A DNA stretch of 64,000 nt from Nitrospirota bacterium (GTDB lineage Bacteria > Nitrospirota > Thermodesulfovibrionia > Thermodesulfovibrionales > Dissulfurispiraceae), in the NCBI GenBank assembly GCA_963710375.1, contig CAVPZX010000002.1:32001-96000 (forward strand). The letters are read 5' to 3'. The notes under the pieces are model-generated. The model ran no database searches. It worked only from the letters and a program-made list of their open reading frames with translations, and was not told the DNA's origin. Shown in pieces: positions 17,769 to 26,715 of the stretch. Every line of letters starts with the position of its first letter. Position 1 is the stretch's first letter. Made by a program: the position numbers and the translations under genes.

Positions 17769-19697
17769 TTATGTCTCCTTTATTTTTGGCAGTGTAAAGT
17801 AAAATGCGGCACCCTGTCCCACAGCGCCTTCGGCCCAGACTCTCCCGTCATGGCGGGTAATAATACGCTGCACATTTGCAAGTCCGATCCCTGTGCCTTT
17901 AAATTCGTCCTGGGAATGGAGACGCTGGAATACACCGAAGAGTTTATTTACATATTTCATATCAAATCCTACACCGTTGTCTTTGACAAAAAATATAAAT
18001 TCGTCGTCGTCCTCTTTATATCCTATCCTGATTTCAGCACGGGGACAAGTACTCGTGTATTTAACCGCATTAGAAATGATATTAGCAAGCACCAGGCCCA
18101 GCATCGATTGGTCACCGTATACTTCAGGCAGTTCATCAATATCCCATATAATATACCTCCCTGCCGCTTCATGTTGGATATCGCCGACAGCCGCTCTGAC
18201 CAGTGCGTTAAAGCTTACTTTTTCCTTTCGTATTTCTACACGCGATATGCGGGAGAAGGCGAGCAGATCATCGATAAGCATTCCCATCTTTTTTGAGGCC
18301 GCGGATATAGCGTCCATATAATGGCTGGTTTCGACATCAGTGCAGTACCCCAGCTTTTGTTGCAACAGTTTCATGAAGCCTAACATATGCCTCAAAGGGG
18401 CTCGAAGATCGTGAGAGACTGAGTAGCTGAAAGATTCAAGTTCTTTGTTGGCAGCTTCAAGATCAGCCGTTCGTGCAGCAATCCTCTGTTCAAGTTCTTC
18501 GTTGATTATCCGAAGCGCCTCCTCAGCCTCAAGCCGTTTTCTCTCATTGGCCATGAAATCTATTGCAAAAGAGACATCCTCCGTCAATGATGTGAGCAGT
18601 TGTATTTCCTCATCGGTAAAAAAGTATGACTTACTTGAATAGACAGTTAATGCCCCGATGACACTGGAGCCGGCATGGATGGGGAAGGCTGCGGAAGAGC
18701 GGAGCCCGTGTCGAGAGGCCCTTTCGCGCCAGGGAAGCATGCGGGGATCATGTTCTATGTCGCCGGAAATTGAGTACCTGCCTTCGAAGGCTGCCGTACC
18801 CGTGGGTCCTCTTCCTTCGGGCACATCTGATGCATAAATCTTTACACCGTTGAGATAACCGTCCGTGTCCCCATAGCTGGCAACCGGTTTTACTATTCGC
18901 GAACCTGGATCGATCAGCCCAATCCATGCCATCTTGAATAGCCCGTCTTCAACAGCAATGCGGCAGACCCGGTAGTACAGCTCATCAGAATCATGGATGC
19001 GAACTATCGTCTCGTTCACTTTACTCAGGACTGAATACAACCGATTCAATCGGGAAATCCTGTCCGCCGCCCTCTTCCGCTCTTCCAGTTGAGCAAATAA
19101 TTTTTCGTTGGTTATTGACAACTCCGACGTTCGTTGCATGACTTTCAGTTCTAATTCATCATGAGCCCTCTTGAGCGTCTTCTCGGCATGCCTGCGGGCG
19201 GTGATGTCAGCCGCATAAATGCGTGCGACCTCAAACTGGGGAAGTAGCTGAATCGTCTCGCTGAAAACCCGGTCCTTAATGATTACCTCGCGATAAATGG
19301 TCGTTTCGTTTCCCTTGTCCCAGTCACCTAATGTAGCCTCCAGGTCCGGCGGAAGAAAGGCGTCAACATCCCCTTTGTCCATCCCCAAGCTTTCCAGCGT
19401 ATCCAGGGAACTTTGATTGCAAAAGATGACATTGCCCGAGGAATCGATTTCAATAATCGGATTAGGATTCAGTTCAGGGAAAGACGCGAGACGCCTGGAG
19501 CGCTCTTCGGCCTGTTGGTGGTCCGTGATCGTACGGTCCATAATCCATGAATTGATGAGTGCTGCAGCAGTAAGGAACAGAAAAACAATGACAATACCGG
19601 CACCCGCCAGTTTGAAAAAGGAAAGAATGAGGACAATGATTAAAGCCGTAATTACCGAAAGAACAGCGTTTATTTTCAACCTTCGTCTAACCTGCAT
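17769..19697 (-). CDS. Membrane-anchored PAS-GAF sensor histidine kinase
   Basis: Two N-terminal TM helices, PAS-like (ELNPNPI), GAF, FSYSVSHDLRAPL H-box, HATPase boxes. Confidence 0.9.
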   Translation of the reverse strand: MQVRRRLKINAVLSVITALIIVLILSFFKLAGAGIVIVFLFLTAAALINSWIMDRTITDHQQAEERSRRLASFPELNPNPIIEIDSSGNVIFCNQSSLDTLESLGMDKGDVDAFLPPDLEATLGDWDKGNETTIYREVIIKDRVFSETIQLLPQFEVARIYAADITARRHAEKTLKRAHDELELKVMQRTSELSITNEKLFAQLEERKRAADRISRLNRLYSVLSKVNETIVRIHDSDELYYRVCRIAVEDGLFKMAWIGLIDPGSRIVKPVASYGDTDGYLNGVKIYASDVPEGRGPTGTAAFEGRYSISGDIEHDPRMLPWRERASRHGLRSSAAFPIHAGSSVIGALTVYSSKSYFFTDEEIQLLTSLTEDVSFAIDFMANERKRLEAEEALRIINEELEQRIAARTADLEAANKELESFSYSVSHDLRAPLRHMLGFMKLLQQKLGYCTDVETSHYMDAISAASKKMGMLIDDLLAFSRISRVEIRKEKVSFNALVRAAVGDIQHEAAGRYIIWDIDELPEVYGDQSMLGLVLANIISNAVKYTSTCPRAEIRIGYKEDDDEFIFFVKDNGVGFDMKYVNKLFGVFQRLHSQDEFKGTGIGLANVQRIITRHDGRVWAEGAVGQGAAFYFTLPKIKET

Positions 19698-20058
19698 TTT
19701 TTCGCCTTACCTTACTATTCCTTCCAGCACCTCATCGAGCAGGGCTCTTTCTGACAGCAAAGATATATTATCAGAGCTAAAACCGGATTACAATTACAAT
19801 TCCCTGAATTTACAGATGTAATTAGGAGAAAAAGGCGTTTATGTCAGACAGAACCTGACGCGTTTTTCGGTTATTTCCTACAGAAAAATCGGCTTCAGAC
19901 TGATTCCATGATCCGTCCGGATGATTTAAACTCAGACAAAGCTGATATTCAGAAGGTAGGACTTTTTATGCCGCCTTCTGTTTTAAATTAAAACTGTCCG
20001 GCTCGGACGAACTCCATCAAGTTATTTATTTTGGGGTGAACCAAAAAGGAGGTTATCA

Positions 20059-20394
20059 ATGAAAACAATTGAGGTCAAATTATATAAAGCCGTAGTATTC
20101 CTTTTTTTGGCTATTGGGCTGCCCGCATTCATATTTGGCTGGGTGGTGGCGGTAAATTTCAGCGGTGTTTTTGAAACAGGGTATAAAATGGCTTTTTTTG
20201 ATATTAAATCTGCCATAAAAGAGTCGGTTAAAGACGGACAACCATTTTTTTATATGCATGGCATCAAGATATTCTCCGAAAACTGCATGAAAAATGATAA
20301 TTCCGAAACCGGTAAACCGGTCAGGGAAAATAGCTCGGAAAAGAAAGATAATAAGAAAAAGGCGTTCAGAATCAGCTATAACATCAGGGATTGA
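20059..20394 (+). CDS. Hypothetical membrane protein
   Basis: AAGGAGG SD, N-terminal TM segment, Lys-rich tail. Confidence 0.6.
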   Translation: MKTIEVKLYKAVVFLFLAIGLPAFIFGWVVAVNFSGVFETGYKMAFFDIKSAIKESVKDGQPFFYMHGIKIFSENCMKNDNSETGKPVRENSSEKKDNKKKAFRISYNIRD

Positions 20395-20447
20395 TTTGAA
20401 TCTACTCGTGAATGGTAATGAAGAATTACTTAATAAGGAGGAGTCCA

Positions 20448-20771
20448 ATGATAAACAATTTGAAAACTGATGGAACTATTAAAAAAGTTGTAAAGAAGAA
20501 AGCCCCGGGTGAACAGCTTAAAGCACTTGCAGAAGCAATACTGTTACAGTCAATGGAAGATTTATGGATCTATGAAGAAAGATCGAACTGCATAGATTTT
20601 TTTAGCGGGGAAGGGTTTCGAACATGTTCCGAAATCGCGGGGATGAGTTCCGATGACAAGGTAAAAATACTGAATATGGTCGGAGATGTTACTTATCAGA
20701 ATTCACGAAAAAACAAAAGGGTTAGAGGTATAAGAGCTGATAGACGTGATGCTTATGAGCTTGTACGGTAA
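20448..20771 (+). CDS. Hypothetical protein
   Basis: AAGGAGGAG SD before ATG 20448; globular core LAEAILLQSMEDLW...CIDFFSGEGFRTCSEIAGM. Confidence 0.65.
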   Translation: MINNLKTDGTIKKVVKKKAPGEQLKALAEAILLQSMEDLWIYEERSNCIDFFSGEGFRTCSEIAGMSSDDKVKILNMVGDVTYQNSRKNKRVRGIRADRRDAYELVR

Positions 20772-20799
20772 AGCATAAAAAGCAGTTTGGAGGTGTGAG

Positions 20800-20967
20800 A
20801 TGGCCTGTCCTTTTTTAAAAGTGGCTTATGTAGCTTATTGTAGTGCATGTGATTTTCCATATACTCCAAGCATCATCGAACTGGAAGAACAGTGTTTTAA
20901 AGAGAGTTTCGAGTCTTGTGTCCATTTTAATAATGTTCAGGCAACAGAGCAGGTTGCAGCGGACTAA
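20800..20967 (+). CDS. Small Cys-rich protein (55 aa), putative metal-binding
   Basis: Not in ORF track. GGAGGTG SD; MACPFLKVAYVAYCSACDFPYTPSIIELEEQCFKESFESCVHFNNVQATEQVAAD. Confidence 0.7.
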   Translation: MACPFLKVAYVAYCSACDFPYTPSIIELEEQCFKESFESCVHFNNVQATEQVAAD

Positions 20968-21035
20968 TACACATAGTTATTAATAACCCTTTAACTCGCG
21001 GACATTGCCGGGCAAATCACTTCTCCCTCAATCTG

Positions 21036-21072
21036 CGGCACCCCAAAAAGTCTTCGGCTTTTTGGGGTGCCG
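21036..21072 (+). terminator. Strong hairpin, probable terminator after the small-gene operon
   Basis: CGGCACCCCAAAAAG-TCTTCGG-CTTTTTGGGGTGCCG (15-bp perfect arms); poor U-tract. Confidence 0.55.
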
Positions 21073-21142
21073 TTGTAAAGAAAAGTCCACACTGCCTCTT
21101 TTTTCAATTAGGTAGAATGCTGATAGCCTGCTAAGCTATAAT

Positions 21143-21784
21143 ATGGATGATTTGATTAACATATTAATTGTAGATGATCATGCAGTTGTACGTGCCGGGC
21201 TGAGACAAATCATTTCCGGCGTCTCTGACATGGCTGTTGCGGACGAAGCTGATAGCGCTATAGAAGCGCTCACCAAAATAAGGAAAAAAGGATATTCGAT
21301 GGTAGTCCTGGATATCGCCATGCCAGGTAAAAGCGGCCTCGATGTTTTAAAGGAAATAAGAAGTGAACATCCCAAACTTCCTGTTCTTATGCTGAGCATG
21401 TACCCTGAAGACCAGTATGCTGTGCGGGCCTTGCGATCTGGAGCATCAGGTTACATGACAAAGGACAGCGCGCCTGAAGAACTGGTGACTGCCATACGCA
21501 CTGTGGCTGCAGGCAGGAAATATATAAGCTCTGATCTGGCGGAAAGACTAGCCTTGAACCTCGATACTGACATGAAAAAAGAGCCTCATGAAATCCTTTC
21601 GGACAGAGAGTATCAGGTATTGTGTTCGATAGCTTCCGGCAAGACTATCGGCGAAATTGCGGATCAGCTTTCTCTGAGCGTTAAGACAATCAGCACATAC
21701 AGGAGCCGCATTCTTGAAAAAATGCAGCTCAAGAACAATGCTGAATTGACAAATTACGCCATAAGGAACCACCTCATAGACTAA
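21143..21784 (+). CDS. NarL/UvrY-family DNA-binding response regulator
   Basis: VDDHAVVRAGL REC; LuxR HTH LSDREYQV...IADQLSLSVKTISTYRSRI. Confidence 0.93.
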   Translation: MDDLINILIVDDHAVVRAGLRQIISGVSDMAVADEADSAIEALTKIRKKGYSMVVLDIAMPGKSGLDVLKEIRSEHPKLPVLMLSMYPEDQYAVRALRSGASGYMTKDSAPEELVTAIRTVAAGRKYISSDLAERLALNLDTDMKKEPHEILSDREYQVLCSIASGKTIGEIADQLSLSVKTISTYRSRILEKMQLKNNAELTNYAIRNHLID

Positions 21785-21876
21785 AGTAACTATCAGTGCT
21801 TCAATTTTGCTTCTTGTCTTTTGGTGATTTCCATATTAAAATGTAAGAAAAGAAATTTGTCATACAGGAGGGGCTG

Positions 21877-22359
21877 ATGGATATCTTTGCATATGCCATG
21901 CAGATGGAGAAAGATGGAGAAACGTATTACCGGGAGCTTTCGTCAAAGACAGATAATAAAGGGATAAAGAACATCCTCACGATGCTTGCAGATGCTGAGG
22001 TTATCCATTACAACATTTTTCAGACAATGAAAAGGCATGAACAGATTCCGGGGATTGATTCAAAGAGTCTTGAGGGCATTAAGAACATCTTTGCCCGGCT
22101 GAAGGAAGACGAACCATCCAGGGTCGATTCAACTCAAGTCTCTCTTTACCGCAAAGCCCAGGACCTTGAGAAAAAAACCCTCGATTTTTACCTCGAAAGA
22201 GCTGAAGAGTCAAAGGATGAGATCGAAAAGACCATTTTTAAGAGAGTTGCTAATGAGGAAAGGAAGCATTATCTCATTCTCGAAAATATTATCGATTTCG
22301 TGGAGAGACCGGACACGTGGCTCGAAAATCCAGAGTGGTATCACCTGGAGGACTTTTAA
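21877..22359 (+). CDS. Ferritin-like/rubrerythrin family protein
   Basis: AMQMEKDG..YY, EVIH and EERKH di-iron motifs. Confidence 0.85.
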   Translation: MDIFAYAMQMEKDGETYYRELSSKTDNKGIKNILTMLADAEVIHYNIFQTMKRHEQIPGIDSKSLEGIKNIFARLKEDEPSRVDSTQVSLYRKAQDLEKKTLDFYLERAEESKDEIEKTIFKRVANEERKHYLILENIIDFVERPDTWLENPEWYHLEDF

Positions 22360-22379
22360 GGGCTCGCCCTAAAGTTAAA

Positions 22380-22410
22380 TGCAGGGGCAAACTCAGTGGT
22401 TGCCCCTGCA
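22380..22410. terminator. Hairpin terminator between convergent genes
   Basis: TGCAGGGGCAA-N9-TTGCCCCTGCA between the ferritin-like gene and PFOR stops. Confidence 0.75.
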
Positions 22411-22416
22411 AAATTA

Positions 22417-25400
22417 TTACTCAGCCTTCCATGTAGCCCGGTGTTTTAGATATTGCCATCTCCTCTTAACATCACCCTCGGCCTGTTTCATGAGTGCAGC
22501 AGCCAACTCAGGGTTGATCGCCCTCAATGCCTTGTAGCGGTTCTCGTTATATGCATATTCCTCGAAGGTAATTGTCGGCTCCTTGCTGTCGATGACAAGC
22601 GGACTCTTGCCCTGCAGCTCGAGTTCGGGGTTATACCGGTAAAGGGGCCAGTGGCCGCATGCAACAGCTTTCTTCTGCTCTTCGATCCCCTTGCTCATAT
22701 CAATGCCCTGTGCGATGCATGTCGCATAGGCGATGATCAACGACGGGCCATTGTATGCCTCGGCCTCTGTGAATGACTTTACGGCCTGGGCCGGACTTGC
22801 GCCGAATGCAATCTGGCCGACATACACGTTTCCGTACGTCGCCATGATGAGACCAATGTTCTTTTTAGGCGTCCTCTTCCCGCCGGCTGCAAACTGGGCA
22901 GTAGCGGCAAGAGGGGTTGACTTGGACATCTGTCCTCCCGTATTGGAGTAGACCTCGGTATCGAGAATCAGAATGTTCACGTTTTCCCCGGAAGCCATTA
23001 CCTGGTCGAGTCCCCCGTAACCTATATCATAGGCCCAGCCGTCCCCGCCTATCGACCAGACGGATTTCCTGACAAGGTAATCTGCCAGGGACAGCAGGCT
23101 TTTTGCCTCGGGCGAATTATCTTTCGAGAGTATTTTTTTGAGTTCCCCTATCCGGGCCCTCTGTTCTTCGATCTTTTCCAGATTCGACTGGTCTGCATTT
23201 TTTATAGAATCGAAGAGTTCACGTGTGCCGGCATATGCGGGATTCTGAGCCAGTTTTTCGATAAGTTCCAATGCCTGCGCATTAAACTTGTCAACAGTCA
23301 GTCTCATACCTAAACCGAATTCAGCATTATCTTCGAACAGGGAATTTGACCACGCAGGCCCCCTGCCGTCGGACCGTTTTGTATACGGCGTGGTCGGCAG
23401 GTTGCCGCTGTAAATTGATGAACATCCGGTCGCATTGCCTATAAGCAGGCGGTCGCCGAAAAGCTGCGTGAGCAGTTTCAGGTATGGTGTTTCTCCGCAG
23501 CCTGCGCAAGCGCCGCTGTATTCAAAGAGAGGTTTCACGAATTGGCTTCCCTTGACTGTCGCCACATTGTACCTGGAAGGCTCAGTTTCAGGCAGACTGA
23601 GGAAGAATGAGTAATTTTCCGTCTCCTGGGCCCTCAGCGGTTCCTGGGGATTCATGTTGATCGCCTTGAAATCCGGAACCTTCTTGCCCTCAGCGTCTTT
23701 CTTGAAGCCCGGACAGTTAAACACACAGGAGCCGCATCCTGTGCAGTCCTCAGGCGCCACCTGGACGGTGAACTTCAGACCCTCGAGTTCCTTACCTTTG
23801 GCATTAACTGATTTGAACCCGGAAGGCGCGGATTTCAGGAGGGCAGGGTCATAGGCCTTCATCCTTATCGTCCCATGAGGGCAGACAAAGGAGCACTGGC
23901 CGCACTGGATGCAGATATCCGGCTCCCAGACAGGGATATGAACGCCGATGTTCCGCTTTTCATACTGCGTTGTCCCGGTCGGCCATGTGCCGTCAGCCGG
24001 CATGGCGGAGACAGGCAAGTAGTCGCCCTTGCCCGCGATCATCTTCGCTGTTACGTTCCTGACAAACTCAGGAGCCGTTTCCGGCACAGGCGGCTTCCGC
24101 CGTATTGTGCTCGTGACTTTTTCAGGGACAGGCACTTCAACGATGTTCTTAAGAGCCGTATCGACTGCTGCATAGTTCATTTCGACCACCGCTTCACCCT
24201 TCTTCATGTAAGTCTTCTTGATTTCGGCTTTGATCGCCCTGATAGCATCGTCTTTCGGAATTATTCCCGAGATAACGAAGAACGCTGTCTGCATTATCAT
24301 ATTGATCCTTCCCCCAAGACCAATCTCCTCAGCGAGCGATATGGCGTCGATAATAAAGAACTTCATGCGCTTTGAAATTAGCTGCTCCTGCACTTCAACA
24401 GGCAGGGTGTCCCATATCTTGTCCTTGGGATGTGCGGTGGTCAACAGGAAGGTTGCCCCATTCTGTGCGTGTGACAGCATGTCATATTTTTCGAGGAACG
24501 ATGGATTATGGCAAGCTATGAAGTCGGCTGTTGACAGGAGATAGGGATTGAGTATCCTGTCCTTTCCGAAACGTAGATGAGATGTGGTAATGGAGCCTGA
24601 CTTCTTGGAGTCATAGACAAAATAACCCTGGGCAAAGTTGTCTGTTACAGAGCCGATGATCTTTATCGTATTCTTGTTTGCCCCGACCGTGCCGTCCGCG
24701 CCCAGCCCGTAGAACATGGCCTTGTAAGAGTTTTTCCCCTCAACGGTAAAAGACTCGTCATAGTCGAGGCTGGTCCCCGCGACATCGTCGTTTATGCCCA
24801 CAGTAAAATGGTTCTTCGGCACAGGCTGTGAAAGATTATCAAATACTGCCTTTGCCATAGCCGGCGTGAACTCCTTAGAACCAAGGCCGTAGCGGCCTCC
24901 GACAATCCTGGGGTAGGTCTTCAACCGCGAGGTCCCTTTTTCCAGCGCCTCGCCCAATGCAGTTCTCACGTCCAGATAGAGGGGATCGCCGATGGCGCCG
25001 GGCTCTTTTGTGCGGTCCAGGACAGCGACAGTTTTCACGCTGCCCGGAATAGCCTGAGCAAAGGCATCGGTATCAAATGGCCTGAAGAGCCTGACCTGGA
25101 CCAGTCCCAGTCTTTCCCCTTTTGCGTTCAGCGCATCGATCGTGCTCAGCACGGTTTCCCCTCCCGAACCCATAATAACGATCACGCGCTCAGCTTCAGG
25201 GTGGCCGTAGTAATCAAAAAGGTTATACTGTCTGCCCACTATGGCGGCAAACTTGTTCATGGCCTTCTGAACGATTGAAGGCGTTTCATTATAGAATTTG
25301 TTCACTGTTTCCCTTCCCTGGAAATAGACATCCGGGTTCTGGGCAGTGCCTCGCAGCACAGGACGGTCAGGCGTGAGACCCCTCATGCGGTGGGCTATCA

Positions 25401-25998
25401 CAAGGTCATTGTCTATCATCGCTTTCATGTCGTCAAAGGTCAGCTCTTCGATCTTCTGTTCCTCGTGAGACGTTCTGAAACCATCAAAGAAGTGAACAAA
25501 GGGAATCCTCGATTCAAGGGTTGCGGCCTGGGCAATAAGCGCAAAGTCCATCGCCTCCTGCACATCCCTGGAGCAAAGCATGGCAAAACCCGTGGCACGG
25601 ACAGCCATAACATCGGAATGGTCACCAAAAATACTGAGCGCCTGCGCAGCCAGGGAGCGGGCAGTCACATGGAAGACCGACGAAGTAAGCTCTCCGGCTA
25701 TCTTATACATATTAGGCATAATCAAAAGGAGGCCCTGAGATGCTGTAATCGTCGTGGTCAGGGCCCCGGTAGTAAGGGAACCGTGGACCGAACCGGCAAC
25801 GCCGGCCTCCGACTGCATCTGGCTGACTCGTGGCACGGAACCCCAAATGTTCACCTTGCCCGCAGCAGACTTTGCATCGCATATTTCCGCGATGGGAGAT
25901 GAAGGGGTTATCGGATAAATCGTAATGATCTCATTCACCGCATGGACAACATGGGCGCATGCGGTACAGCCGTCAACAGTTATCATTCTTCTTGCCAT
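22417..25998 (-). CDS. nifJ: Pyruvate:ferredoxin (flavodoxin) oxidoreductase, homodimeric
   Basis: YPITPSS, two CxxCxxCxxxCP ferredoxin motifs, GACAGCGE, GGDGWAYDIG TPP motif; 1193 aa. Confidence 0.97.
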   Translation of the reverse strand: MARRMITVDGCTACAHVVHAVNEIITIYPITPSSPIAEICDAKSAAGKVNIWGSVPRVSQMQSEAGVAGSVHGSLTTGALTTTITASQGLLLIMPNMYKIAGELTSSVFHVTARSLAAQALSIFGDHSDVMAVRATGFAMLCSRDVQEAMDFALIAQAATLESRIPFVHFFDGFRTSHEEQKIEELTFDDMKAMIDNDLVIAHRMRGLTPDRPVLRGTAQNPDVYFQGRETVNKFYNETPSIVQKAMNKFAAIVGRQYNLFDYYGHPEAERVIVIMGSGGETVLSTIDALNAKGERLGLVQVRLFRPFDTDAFAQAIPGSVKTVAVLDRTKEPGAIGDPLYLDVRTALGEALEKGTSRLKTYPRIVGGRYGLGSKEFTPAMAKAVFDNLSQPVPKNHFTVGINDDVAGTSLDYDESFTVEGKNSYKAMFYGLGADGTVGANKNTIKIIGSVTDNFAQGYFVYDSKKSGSITTSHLRFGKDRILNPYLLSTADFIACHNPSFLEKYDMLSHAQNGATFLLTTAHPKDKIWDTLPVEVQEQLISKRMKFFIIDAISLAEEIGLGGRINMIMQTAFFVISGIIPKDDAIRAIKAEIKKTYMKKGEAVVEMNYAAVDTALKNIVEVPVPEKVTSTIRRKPPVPETAPEFVRNVTAKMIAGKGDYLPVSAMPADGTWPTGTTQYEKRNIGVHIPVWEPDICIQCGQCSFVCPHGTIRMKAYDPALLKSAPSGFKSVNAKGKELEGLKFTVQVAPEDCTGCGSCVFNCPGFKKDAEGKKVPDFKAINMNPQEPLRAQETENYSFFLSLPETEPSRYNVATVKGSQFVKPLFEYSGACAGCGETPYLKLLTQLFGDRLLIGNATGCSSIYSGNLPTTPYTKRSDGRGPAWSNSLFEDNAEFGLGMRLTVDKFNAQALELIEKLAQNPAYAGTRELFDSIKNADQSNLEKIEEQRARIGELKKILSKDNSPEAKSLLSLADYLVRKSVWSIGGDGWAYDIGYGGLDQVMASGENVNILILDTEVYSNTGGQMSKSTPLAATAQFAAGGKRTPKKNIGLIMATYGNVYVGQIAFGASPAQAVKSFTEAEAYNGPSLIIAYATCIAQGIDMSKGIEEQKKAVACGHWPLYRYNPELELQGKSPLVIDSKEPTITFEEYAYNENRYKALRAINPELAAALMKQAEGDVKRRWQYLKHRATWKAE

Positions 25999-26251
25999 AC
26001 TTTACACTCCTTTTTAATGGTCTTATAAGGAAAAACTTTTCTCCTTCGGGTGTTCTTCTTCTATTGCGATCAGATGTGCTCCTGTTTGGGAAAAACACTT
26101 CAATTTCATTAATTATAGCACACATAAGAGGGATTTTTAAGAAGTTGGTTCACCCACTGCCGATGATTCCCACACCTTGATAATTCCCTGTTCGCGTGTT
26201 ATTCTTTTTCATGCCAAAGAAGCAATTTCAATTTACTGAGGGCTCACGAAT

Positions 26252-26713
26252 ATGACATATGAGGAAAAACTAAGGTCAGTTGGGCTTGGGCTTTCGGAAG
26301 CGCCAAAGCCGCTAGGCTCTTATGTCCCCTGCGTCCGCACCGGCAACCTCCTCTTTCTGAGCGGCATGCTTCCTCTAAGGGCCGGCAAGCTGACACGGAC
26401 GGGAAAGGTCGGAGAGTCCGTGTCCCTGGCCGAAGCACAGGAAGATGCCAGGCAGGTAGTGCTCAACGCATTTGCCGTCATTAAAAATCATACGGGAAGC
26501 CTTGATACGATCAAGCAATGTATAAAAATAAACGGCTATGTGGCATCCTCCGCTGATTTTACCGAACAGCCGAAAGTTTTAAATGCGGCATCAGACTTTC
26601 TATTTGAAATTTTGGGTGAAGCAGGCAAACATGCGAGGGCGGCTGTGGGCGTTTCAGTGCTGCCCCTGAATGCTCCGGTCGAAATAGATTTTATTTTTGA
26701 GCTGTATCCTTAG
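26252..26713 (+). CDS. RidA/YjgF family protein
   Basis: GSYVPCVRTGNLLFLSG, GKHARAAVGVSVLPLNAPVEI. Confidence 0.9.
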   Translation: MTYEEKLRSVGLGLSEAPKPLGSYVPCVRTGNLLFLSGMLPLRAGKLTRTGKVGESVSLAEAQEDARQVVLNAFAVIKNHTGSLDTIKQCIKINGYVASSADFTEQPKVLNAASDFLFEILGEAGKHARAAVGVSVLPLNAPVEIDFIFELYP

Positions 26714-26715
26714 AA

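Noticed and set aside
21001..21072. GGGCAAA followed by a hairpin as a c-di-GMP-I riboswitch
   Set aside because: Lacks the GNRA-loop stem and receptor architecture; better explained as a terminator-like hairpin
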